Part shown: in pieces, positions 53,197 through 64,000 of the stretch
Layout: each line of letters opens with the position of its first letter
Position numbering within the stretch: the first letter of the stretch is position 1
Source: Antedon mediterranea
Taxonomy: Eukaryota; Animalia; Echinodermata
Direction: 5' to 3'
Assembly: GCF_964355755.1 (NCBI RefSeq)
Contig: NC_092672.1
Coordinates: 23,139,237 to 23,203,236 of the forward strand
DNA: 64,000 bases
The notes under the pieces: generated by a model
What the model was told of the DNA's origin: nothing
Databases searched by the model: none
The model's input: only the letters and a program-made list of their open reading frames with translations
Position numbers and translations under genes: made by a program

Positions 53197-53680
53197 CTAA
53201 ATAAAAAATAACGGAATATAATAAATATACAATGATGCAGATTCTTACTTACTTTTTTACACTGACAAGCTAAAAACAAAGTACAGTATTATAATTTGGT
53301 GCTACAACTTTTTCATGTTATAAGATAGCAATTTTACTGATTTTCATTGACTTACACACATTAATGGGTAATAATTTTTAATAAAATGGTATTTTTAAAT
53401 TGTGTCAAATTAATTGTTCTTTTCTTTTTTTATATTTATATACTTTTTTAAAAAACAAAAATGCCTCAATTTTACATAATTATTTAGTCAATTTTGGTGA
53501 ATTTCATATCTTATACTACAAAAATATTCTTGTAGCACTACTTTAAAAAATAAATGTTTATTTCACGACACTCATTCAGCTCTACTGACAAGGTTTATAT
53601 TATACAGATATTGCCTGCTTAGAGGTGAAATATAACAATTGACATCACAGAGGGAATGATATTTTTCTCGAGGAACTAAA

Positions 53681-53818
53681 TAATAAGATTGCCTAGTTCA
53701 CCTTACCTTGCCTAAGTAATAAGACTGCCTAGTTCACCTTACCTTGCCTAAGTAATAAGACTGCCTAGTTCACCTTACCTTGCCTAAGTAATAAGACTGC
53801 CTAGTTCACCTTACCTTG
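53681..53818. repeat. 36-bp x about 4 tandem repeat
   Basis: taataagactgcctagttcaccttaccttgcctaag; the reverse strand contains AAG|GTAAGG donor-like motifs. Confidence 0.9.
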
Positions 53819-53956
53819 GCGAAAAATGACCGTATAAAGTCAAATAATTGCTAATGATTCCTTTGCCATAAAATATTCACTTAAACTAATTAAAATTTAA
53901 TTTATTCTACTGCAAATATAAAATAATTAAATTATTATTAAACTACTTTTAAGTAC

Positions 53957-54146
53957 CTGTCCCTCTCTTAGGAATATCTTTGTTTTTCCAAACAAAAAGC
54001 TTTTCATTTTATTTTCTTTGTCTGCTTCAGCTAAAACCAGATTCGTAATAACAGCACATTTACTTTTTGTATCCAAATCTTTTACATCTTCTGAGTTTGA
54101 CCTTATTAATAATTCATACCTCTTAAGAAAATCACTGTACAACATT
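53957..54146 (-). CDS. MYO19: Myosin XIX exon: converter
   Basis: MLYSDFLKRYELL...FLFGKTKIFLREGQ (myosin GKTKIF motif). Confidence 0.92.
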
Positions 54147-54374
54147 CTATAAGAAAATTGTCATTATCGTTGAGAATCAAGTATAACAAACAACACACTG
54201 GCAAGTATGTTAGTAGGTGTTCAACATGTACAGTATGTACAGGGATATATATAGTATATATTATAAACATCACAGGCACAGAATAAATTCTATACCGCCC
54301 AGTGATATACTGAAATTTAATTAATTAATTTGAAACGATAAAGATGAGGAAATCTGTGAGAATGAGAAAAAGTT

Positions 54375-54446
54375 GCCCCCACTGAGATTCAAACCCAGAA
54401 CCTTCTGCTTGATATGCAGATATCCTAACCATTAGACCACTGGGGC
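54375..54446 (-). tRNA. tRNA-like sequence (pseudogene or SINE head)
   Basis: gccccag-tggtctaatggttaggata-tctgc-atatcaa-gcaga-aggtt-ctggg-tttgaat-ctcag-tgggggc: A box, paired anticodon and T stems, degenerate B box and imperfect acceptor stem. Confidence 0.55.
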
Positions 54447-54856
54447 TTTCATGGTATTGTTCAAACTAGATTGGATAGCAATATCACTCTCGGTGTGGTA
54501 CGGTGGAACAGCACTAGTCCCTCAGTTGTACGCACGCGCACTAGAGATCAAATTGATACGCCCTCATCTTTTAGTATTAAGTCCTAGAGCAAGCTATTTG
54601 ATTGGTAATAGTAAAAAATACAATAAAAATACAAATTACGACGCACGATTTTGGTTTTTGCTTAATTATTCAATATCGAAAATGTTTAGCCAGCGTATCA
54701 AAAACAAAAACAAATAGCTGTAAGCTGACCTGGTAGGGAAGCCAATGTACTGATCTGAATTGTTTCAAGTGAACTTAACTAACTAGGGTATCAACCAGTC
54801 ATAGATGGGTGCATTGTTAGTATAAAAAGAACACAAAACAATAGCTGTAAGCTGAC

Positions 54857-55035
54857 CTGGTAAGGAAGCCTGTTGCACTAATCTCAATTGTTTCAAGAAC
54901 ACCGCAAGCACGTAGTTGATTTATAACATGAGCGTTATCAAAGCTGTCTGGTTGACACTCAAGACTTGGTTTGATACAGCGGATGTAGTGAGGTGTTGTT
55001 TCATGTAAAGTAGCCATAAGACTGTCCAATGAATT
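54857..55035 (-). CDS. MYO19: Myosin XIX exon: motor SH2/SH1 region
   Basis: [60 protein letters not shown]. Confidence 0.93.
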
Positions 55036-55562
55036 CTAAGATATAAGATACAATTGTTAGATTGTTACCCCGAAGATTACATGTAAAAACTAAATGGTAT
55101 CAACCAAAATAAGTATAAGTAAATACAAAATGGATTGAGGAAATATGTCTGATAATCAAAAAAAAAAATATCTTGCATATATTTATTATTATAAGTTACA
55201 TTTTCAACAGAAGTTAAAAAAAAATTGGGAAGAAATAATTTGAGTGATCCTGCAGATGTTTATTTGATTTATTTCAGCATCATAAAAAACAATTTACAGA
55301 TAAATTACAATTAATATAATATACAGGAAACAAAATATGAAACATCAACAATATACAAAAACAGGGATGCTGAGGATAACCCATAAAAGGCCTTGTTTCC
55401 CTGTTTCTCCTTTTTTCAAGAAAAAGCAAAAACAACAACAAAGCAAAAAAACCTATCTAAATTCTAAAGCAAGAGCTCAGTCTTGAAGCTATTTTTCCAT
55501 ACTAAATTCATCAAGAGTCTAAATTAAGTTTTGAATGAGTTTCAACTTTCAGGATTCTGTAC

Positions 55563-55616
55563 CTTAAATTTTGATACCACTGTAGTAGTCTTTTTGCCTT
55601 TTGTTTTACTTGGACT
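55563..55616 (-). CDS. MYO19: Myosin XIX exon: loop 2
   Basis: SPSKTKGKKTTTVVSKFK; TVVSKFK as in MYO19; 54 nt, phase 0-0. Confidence 0.88.
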
Positions 55617-55654
55617 CTGAAAAAAATTCATAAAATTAACCTATTTTAGGTTAA

Positions 55655-56259
55655 CACGTTCACTGCCAAGGCATTTTCCGTAATTTCTGTCCCAGTGCCA
55701 AGTCCCGTTTACATATTAAATTACAGTTTGAAAGTGTAACATCTGGTCACAGACTATCATGATGTCATTCAAAATACGATGGCGGGAAAAACCGTTGAGA
55801 CGTATAAATACGTCACTGGCAATGGTCCAACAATTTTATTGACTTTGCCAGGAACGTAAATATACGTCGGGGATTTTCCGCGCTAAAATCGGTCAAACCT
55901 ATCATCGAGAGATAAAAACAGTAAACCACACTGAATCATTTCATCCTTTATTATTTTTATTTACTATTAGCGCAATTTATGACATGTTTGAGATGATTAT
56001 ATTGAGTGTGAGGGCGCCATCGTATCAACCATATTCAATGCATGAGGGAATAAACACAAACAAACATATGACATTTATTTTTAGATTATCGTTTACGTAC
56101 ATCATTCATAAACTGCCATGCGATAATTCCTGTTCCAATCACCACTGCCAGCGATTCTACATACAATACAAAAGTGCTACGATTTTGACGTAGTATTACG
56201 TCTTGGCAAGTAGCGACACGCAATTTTTGACGTATAAATACGCCGTGGCAGTGAACGTG
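55655..56259. mobile_element. piggyBac-like MITE
   Basis: TTAA|cacgttcactgcca ... tggcagtgaacgtg|TTAA; internal gacgtataaatacg repeats. Confidence 0.8.
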
Positions 56260-56384
56260 TTAAACAGAACTATTAACATAACTGATGCAAAGGCATTATA
56301 AATATCACACATTTATTCTTTGTTTAAAAGTTTCATGATGTAACATTGATGAAGACAGAACTTTAAAAGCAATGGTATAGTGTT

Positions 56385-56945
56385 AGTACAGTGTTAGTAT
56401 GGTGTTACTAGAGTGTTAGTATGGTGTTACTAGAGTTTAGTATGGTGTTACTACAGTGTTAGTATGGTGTTACTACATTGTTAGTATGGTGTTACTACAT
56501 TGTTAGTATGGTGTTACTACATTGTTAGTATGGTGTTACTACATTGTTAGTATGGTGTTACTACATTGTTAGTATGGTGTTACTACATTGTTAGTATGGT
56601 GTTACTACATTGTTAGTATGGTGTTACTACATTGTTAGTATGGTGTTACTACATTGTTAGTATGGTGTTACTACATTGTTAGTATGGTGTTACTACAGTG
56701 TTAGTATGGTGTTACTACATTGTTAGTATGGTATTACTACATTGTTAGTATGGTGTTACTACATTGTTAGTATGGTGTTACTACAGTGTTAGTATGGTGT
56801 TACTACAGTGTTAGTATGGTGTTACTACATTGTTAGTATGGTGTTACTACATTGTTAGTATGGTGTTACTACAGTGTTAGTTTGATGTTACTATGGTGTT
56901 ACTACATTGTTAGTATGGTGTTAGTATAGTGTTACTATGGTGTTT
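56385..56945. repeat. 22-bp minisatellite x about 25
   Basis: Unit tgttagtatggtgttactacat. Confidence 0.95.
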
Positions 56946-56970
56946 AAAAACAAATGATAAGATCAATCAC

Positions 56971-57063
56971 CTGTAAACTGGTAACATTAGCATCAACTAA
57001 TTGTTGCACAAACTTCTTGCTGCTAATTTTAAGCAAATCTACAAGTTCTGCTGGAATACCATC
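56971..57063 (-). CDS. MYO19: Myosin XIX motor exon
   Basis: DGIPAELVDLLKISSKKFVQQLVDANVTSLQ; 93 nt. Confidence 0.88.
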
Positions 57064-57661
57064 CTAAAAACATCAAATGATACACAATAGATTAATTAGT
57101 AAATGAACATTCACCTGTGTACACTGCACATCAAATCTAAACAAATAATAATCTAATATAATACATTCACATATTCTTGTCAAAGAACAGTGAAGATTTA
57201 TAAATCGCAATGGAATGAATAAATTCTAGGTAATCTAGCATTTTTGTATTTGAGGATCATATAGAATGCGTTCACGGTTATACGCTTAACACGCTGCATT
57301 GTGTATTGTTCTCACGCAGATAGGCTCAAAACAGGCATATAGCAGTGCGTACTGCGTAGGGCATATCTGATTGGTCGATTGAAAGTCGCTATTTTGTTGG
57401 TTCCCTCTCCATAGAGAATCACCTTTTGAACTGCGATAACAGAGCATAATAATAGATAGAGCATTACCTATAGCTACAAACAGCCATTCATACATTTTAC
57501 TGTGGTATTTATTTTCAGTTATAAGATTATGAGAAATGAGTTTAAACGAAGCAGATGCACTATTCCATAATTGTAATGCTTTGAGAAACTATTTATGAAC
57601 TTCTAACCCCCTTTTTTTGTGAATATACTGTAAAACTGGCTTTCAGTTGTAAGTATATTAC

Positions 57662-57838
57662 CTTATTCTTTTCAATTAGACCATCCACTTGGTACGTAAC
57701 TTTCTCTGCATAGTGATGCACAACAAAAGCTGGTGATGTCACTGATATATGTGCACGAGATAAGCTTGCACTGCTGATGGTGTCATAAAGAAACTCACAA
57801 AATGAACTTGGATCTGAATGTCTGTTTAACTTGCATTG
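57662..57838 (-). CDS. MYO19: Myosin XIX motor exon
   Basis: QCKLNRHSDPSSF...PAFVVHHYAEKVTYQVDGLIEKNK (CxLNR, HYA, EKNK). Confidence 0.92.
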
Positions 57839-57931
57839 CTATAAACAAGATAAACTTGCAATTAGAAAGTAAATGACATAATAACATGATTGTGATCTTA
57901 GATGGACAGTCTAAGCACAACAACTTGTAGT

Positions 57932-58990
57932 TTCAATTCAATTTCAATTCATCGACATTTTTATTCCATAATCAAAATAAAAACATATACAAATACAATA
58001 CAAATAATAAGATAATGGAATGGGATACAAAATAAGCACAAGTGCTTTAAGCATGTAACCCTAACAAAAAGATCAAACAATTAGTACAAACAAAAAGAAC
58101 AAACCAAAATAACATAATGTGATTTACTTAACTTAAATATTTCTATTGTTATAATATTTCTTTAATCTCTGTTTAAACAAACTTAAAGTGGGGGATTGTT
58201 TTATATAGTCTGTTAAATTGTTCCAAATATGTGTTCCTTGGTAGGAAATACATTGCTGTCCGACTTTGGTGCGTTTTAGTTGTGGACAGTAGTTTGACCT
58301 GTTTCTAGTTGAGTAATTATGGAATGAGGCAGATGTACTAAATAAGTTATTAAATGATTCAGGTAATAGATTATGTTTATATTGATACATAAATATAGCA
58401 GTGTGTTTCGTATAAAGGTCAAAAATATTTAATGTTTGGGTTGAAATAAAAAGTGGATGAGAAGGATGCATAAAATGAACATGACAAATATTTCTAAGTG
58501 CTTTTTTCTGGAGAATATGTATACGGTTTAAGTTTGTAGCAGAAGTAGCACCCCATACTGTGATAGCATACGTTATTCTAGGTAATATAAGTGCATTGTA
58601 TACCGTTAACAAGATTTTACTTGATAACATAGACTTCACTTTGTTTAAGACACCAATTATTCTAGAAATACTGTTTGCTACCTCATTTACATGATAATTA
58701 AACGATAAAGTTTCATCCAGAAATAAGCCTAGAAATTTAACTTCAGTAGCTTTTACTATACATTCATTTCCCATCCTCAATTCTAGTGAGGTAGTGTCAG
58801 CTGACTTATTTCTAGCCTTAAATATAACATATTTTGATTTGTTTACATTTAGCGTTAATTTGTTAGCAATAAACCAGTCCGAAAGTATAGATAACTCCTG
58901 GTTCATTGTATCAAAAGCTTGAGTAATATCATTGTGACTATAAAACACATTTGTGTCATCTGCATACATAATCATCAGTTTGCAACTGGT
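57932..58990 (-). mobile_element. 5'-truncated LINE (CR1/L2/Crack-like RT C-terminus)
   Basis: ORF 58133-59014: MYADDTNVF...WFIANKLTLNVNKSK...KFLGLFLD...GTHIWNNL; (tgaat/tgaaat)n tail at about 57932-57950. Confidence 0.88.
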
Positions 58991-59531
58991 TGTGGTGTTA
59001 CTGTACTTTTGCACCTAACTCACTGGGCATAAGGTCACTCACCATCACTGATGTGCAGCAGGTGAATATTAGGGTTAAGCTTGAGGTGCAAAAGTACATC
59101 AGCAGCAGGTTTTCTAGTGTAAACTAGGCTCAAAAGTCCATTATTTATCTTCTTACAAACTACAGTTTATTTCTTGATTTGGGCAATCAAGACAAACTAT
59201 GGTTTTAAAGACAAACTATGCCTGTCGGGTAAAAACCACTTTTTTTTCAAAATGTAAAATTCAAAATAGGAAGGAGTTATTATTTTACGACATACTGTAC
59301 TACGATTGAGAAAGGCGAATTCTTAATACAGCACTGGGACAACTCATCTTTTTGTTGTCATACATGCAGCATGGTTTCATGGTACAGCAGTTTATCTTTC
59401 AATAATAAGTACAAACTACAGAATACAGGTTGTCTTTTTCAACCATTATTTTTTGTCTTGCGAAAAACTATGACTTAGAAACTTATTGTTTGTATTTTAA
59501 TCGAAAGACAAACTACGACACCCCAATATTC

Positions 59532-60222
59532 AACATCAAAACATGTTTTATTGTGAGTGGAATAGCAACACTTACTTGATTCATGAGAGCAAATATACTG
59601 ATGTTGCCTTCAATAACATCAAAACATGTTTTATTGTCAGTGGAATAGGAACACTTACTTGATTCATGAGAGCAAATATACTGATGTTGCCTTCAATAAC
59701 ATCAAAACATGTTTTATTGTCAGTGGAATAGGAACACTTACTTGATTCATGAGAGCAAATATACTGATGTTGCCTTCAATAACATCAAAACATGTTTTAT
59801 TGTCAGTGGAATAGGAACACTTACTTGATTCATGAGAGCAAATATACTGATGTTGCCTTCAATAACATCAAAACATGTTTTATTGTCAGTGGAATAGGAA
59901 CACTTACTTGATTCATGAGAGCAAATATACTGATGTTGCCTTCAATAACATCAAAACATGTTTTATTGTCAGTGGAATAGCAACACTTACTTGATTCATG
60001 AGAGCAAATATACTGATGTTGCCTTCAATAACATCAAAACATGTTTTATTGTCAGTGGAATAGCAACACTTACTTGATTCATGAGAGCAAATATACTGAT
60101 GTTGCCTTCAATAACATCAAGACATGTTTTATTGTCAGTGGAATAGCAACACTTACTTGATTCATGAGAGCAAATATACTGATGTTGCCTTCAATAACAT
60201 CAAGACATGTTTTATTGTCAGT
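59532..60222. repeat. 83-bp x8 tandem repeat of the myosin exon 3' end and donor
   Basis: cttacttgat recurs at 59571, 59654 ... 60152 (period 83). Confidence 0.95.
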
Positions 60223-60267
60223 AAAGTCTTCAAATTGCCATGGAATTCCCTCAGATTGACAGTCATC
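60157..60267 (-). CDS. MYO19: Myosin XIX motor exon (relay region)
   Basis: DDCQSEGIPWQFEDFTDNKTCLDVIEGNISIFALMNQ; 111 nt. Confidence 0.88.
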
Positions 60268-60623
60268 CTAAAATAATATAAAGATGACTATTTAATCAGC
60301 AGTATGATTATGTTTATAAAGGTTCATCATTATCACTATTAGATAAAAAAAGTGAAAGATAATTCTCATAAACTTTAATTATTATTGTTATCTTATTATC
60401 ATTTTATATTGTATTATAATTATACTAGTACTTTGATATTATTAATTGTTTACAAGATTCATTTGATATCAACTAAAAGAAGTGCCATATTATTTTTCTC
60501 CATTTTTTTTAATGAATAAAAGAACTGTTGTTATTATCACTCTTATATGGTGCTAATAAAACACTGTTGCACCAACTGTATATTAGCATACTCTATATAT
60601 AGAAAATAAGTTTGTTGGAATAC

Positions 60624-60813
60624 CTGTTCTGCTTTGAGGAAGTTGTGCACAAAATGTTGCTGAAGCTTCTCATTTGCATAATTTATGCATAATTGCTCCA
60701 AACTGTTAAATGAAAAACTTTCAAATCCGTAGACATCCAGTAGACCAATGTAAGACTGCCAACTCCTGGCCATGGTACTGTCATTGATGAATCCAACGAG
60801 CCAATCAAAAACT
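60624..60813 (-). CDS. MYO19: Myosin XIX motor exon: switch II
   Basis: [63 protein letters not shown]; [10 protein letters not shown] matches class XIX. Confidence 0.95.
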
Positions 60814-61293
60814 CTGAAACATTAAAACATAATTTAGTCAGTCTTCAAAGCTAGTTTTTTTGGTAAAACCAAAGCAGGGTTGAAAACGTTTGCATGAAAA
60901 TATTTTCTCCTGTTACATACTAACTACATGACAAAGAAAGAAATTAGGCAGAAAGAAAAAAGTCAGACCATGACAGCAAGAGAGATTAGGCAGAATAAAA
61001 ATGAAATTAAAGTGACTATGTATTAGAGTTTGCATGTAATGTATGTTTATTTAATTTTTGTGAATGTTTAAAGGTGTATGTACGATTTGTTGTGGACAAT
61101 CCGCCTCGGTGCAGACCAGCATGCATATGGGGAAGCAAATACAAGTTATTGGATTTGTACAACATCTTCTGTGGGTTTGTTTTGAATGTATAACAGGTCA
61201 GTAAAAAGGCAAATACTGCACAAGATCATTTTCAAAAGAGTAAATAGGTTTCTTTCACTACAAACAAATATAGCTTTAATGTTTGTAAAATAC

Positions 61294-61484
61294 CTGGCAA
61301 GCATAGAGTAACTTTGCAAGACAATCTCTCCTTGTATGACATTCATCTTTTAAGCAAGGTTTCATAAAGACACTCTTTCTACGCTTGTGAGATGCAGTGA
61401 TTTGTCGGAATGCAAGACATCTAGTTAAGGCATCAACATCAAGACCAAGTAACTGTGCAGCAGCATTAACAGATGTGTCAACTC
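61294..61484 (-). CDS. MYO19: Myosin XIX motor exon (apparent 4-nt insertion at its 3' end)
   Basis: VDTSVNAAAQLLGLDVDALTRCLAFRQITASHKRRKSVFMKPCLKDECHTRRDCLAKLLYA; RRDCLAKLxYA as in MYO19. Confidence 0.88.
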
Positions 61485-62248
61485 CTGATGAAGCAACATC
61501 AATAGTATTAGTACTATTAGTACAACAATATGATATAAAAAAATATATATATACACACCATCTAATAGGATTAATTTACTTTTGTCAATACTAAAGTTTT
61601 ATATATATATAACTAAGTTTTTGGGCCTCCTCTCATCCACCGGCCTCATAAGCTTTGTAAAATATTACTTTACAATTAAAAAGTTTAGATGTTTGATTAA
61701 TAATAGAGCCGAAGAATGGGAAGAGTGGAGAGCCTGCGATAATCTTCTGTAACATAGATTTGTATCACTCTATATTGTGCCTTGACGTGCACAACTGTAT
61801 TTCCATAAGTTTATAAGAGGGTGTTTATATAGGTGAATTGATTATGTATAATTTTTCTATTTTTACTCTGTGTGATGTAATGTCTGCTTTTTTTTGTATT
61901 CCAATGTATTAAAGAAAGATTGAAAAAAATTAATAAATAAAAATATGATATATTGAATAATTAGTAAATTATAAAATCTCTGTTTGGCTGAAATATTTTA
62001 TCAAAAGAAAGATTTTAAAATGACATAATTAATAACGATATTTTTTTACCAACCTACAATAATATTAAGCTATTCCTTATGTCTGTTTTTAGTTATTTCT
62101 CATATATTATATTATGATAGAAATAAAAACAAATTAAAAAATACTAAAAAGATATATAAACTGTTGATAGAATTTTTTGAATAATAAATAAATGCCAATT
62201 TAATATAGATTAAAAATTCTAATAAAACCAAAAAAGAATGAAAACTAA

Positions 62249-63810
62249 ACTAGATTTGAACTCGTCACTTTGACGAGCTCGGGTTATCCGCGCAAACGCA
62301 ACTTGCACATATTATGTTTAAACTATATGAACGCCAACAATTATTATGCCATCCTATGACATGAATTAAATATGTTTACAGTGCTGAATTGTACCTATTT
62401 TGTGTCATACAGCATATTACAGTATTTACAGAAAACAATGTATATGTTATATACAGTGTAACATACTGTAGACGAAATTACGAGACCCATCTTTTAAATC
62501 CAATTATAAACACAATGACGTCATCAAATTGACATACAGTATAAAGATAACTATTTTAGAAGATAATTATCTAAATAATTACTTTAAGACAAATTTGAAG
62601 AATTTTGGGCACGTAAAAGTGAGATGCGCTCTCATTTAAACGCGATGAACTTTTACGCAAGAGATGAAAATATGACTTTTTGAATTCAACTGGCCATATA
62701 ATAACGTCATGACATCAGATAGACACAATATGTATATGAATTCAAATCTACAATTCAACAACTTTCATAATAAGTTTTAATCATATGGGTCACTTTTCAT
62801 TACGATGAGCTATAACAGATTAAAATATACTAGGTAAAGATGCAATTAAGTAACTTATGTTATATTTTTGTATGATGACGCAATAAAAATTAAATTTGTT
62901 GTAACTCATGTGAAAAAGAATTGATTGCGAAAGAACTTATTAAAATCTAGGAGAAAATGGGGTACGCATTAGCGCGATGCGCTCTACTAAATTGGATTAA
63001 CTAGAACAAAAGAGAAAAAAAATCTATTTTAAAAATTTGAGTGGCCATATGGTGACGTCAGAACATCCTGTAGGTACAAATTGTACATGAATTGATATCT
63101 ACAACTCATTAGCTTCCATAATACATTTAAAAAAACGGGGGTAACCAGCCACTCTGAGGAGCTATAACGATTCAAAATAGGTATATTTTTGCACAAATTT
63201 GCATTAAATTACCTATTCTTCAGCACATGATTATTAAAGTTTAACGTGCACATGCGTCGTTATTTTGCAATTAAAGTTCATCAAAATGAATGAAATCTGA
63301 TACAGAAGGTACAGTATGAAAAGCGAAGATCAATTTCAAAAACCATTTTCCTACTCTTTGTACGAGCTGTGCGCACAAGTGCGTGCGCAAAACGCAAAAA
63401 AATTTGAAAATTTTGAAATGCTTAAAATTGCCAGAAATGTATGCAAAATTAATTAGAAATTGCGCAATTTAAAATTTCAAATATGTGTACTCACTTAATA
63501 TTTTGCATAGCTTGCCATTTTTATCATGTTAAACATTGTTCCATATTATTAAATACACTTTTGTAAAGTTTCATTGAAAAATAAATTTTTGTTCAGAATT
63601 TATTATCAACCATACAATTTCATAAAATCGCGCGTAACTTACGCTGTGCGACTGTAAAGTCATGTAACAAATTTTCTTGCACATATACAGCTACAGGTCA
63701 ATCATATGACAAAGTTATACAATCTTATGTTGACCAGAATTAGAGATACGCTGCGAGCAAAATTTGTGTAAAGAAGAATTACATAGAAAAAAAAAAGATC
63801 CAGAATATAA
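62249..63810 (-). mobile_element. Helentron-associated non-autonomous element, relative of 6564-8094
   Basis: actag...aactcgtcactttgacgagctc..gttatccgc is the reverse complement of the 8053-8094 terminus; the far end is approximate. Confidence 0.6.
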
Positions 63811-63830
63811 AAAAAAGCAACCAATTAAAA

Positions 63831-64000
63831 CTTAAAGGTCGCAACTACTTTAAATTAAACTATAAATACTGTATGCAATCTTAAAGGTCGCAACTACTTT
63901 AAGCTAAACTATAAATACTGTATGCAATCTTAAAGGTCGCAACTACTTTAAGCTAAACTATAAATACTGTATGAAAGGTCGCAACTACTTTAAGCTAAAC
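63831..64000. repeat. 49-bp tandem repeat x about 3.5
   Basis: cttaaaggtcgcaactactttaagctaaactataaatactgtatgcaat. Confidence 0.9.

Overview
AT-rich, intron-rich eukaryotic DNA, probably from a marine invertebrate (inference). Two multi-exon genes converge, and both start outside the window. On + (about 1-28.1 kb) is a ROCO-family GTPase gene with the order ankyrin exons, Roc (P-loop GKEGAGKTS, STDGI, WDYAGQ, ATHVD), COR, Cys/His-rich segment, Ser/Thr-rich microexons, tandem death-effector-like domains. On - (50.2-61.5 kb) is the 3' two-thirds of a myosin XIX gene that shows signs of decay. The Roc G3 exon is split by a 3.85-kb Academ-type DNA transposon (TAG...CTA ends, ATG target-site duplication) that is a fold-back made of two inverted transposase 3' halves. 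Between the genes lies a 9.9-kb near-complete Academ (AcademX-like: DDE plus XPG/PIN nuclease) element carrying a nested LINE and a nested TIR element. It is followed by a 9.3-kb satellite of 64-bp units built from palindromes. The introns hold Helitron, Helentron-like, piggyBac-, Kolobok- and Harbinger-like non-autonomous elements, LINE fragments, a tRNA-like sequence and tandem repeats that copy splice sites. Exon models were built by eye from GT-AG sites and reading-frame continuity.
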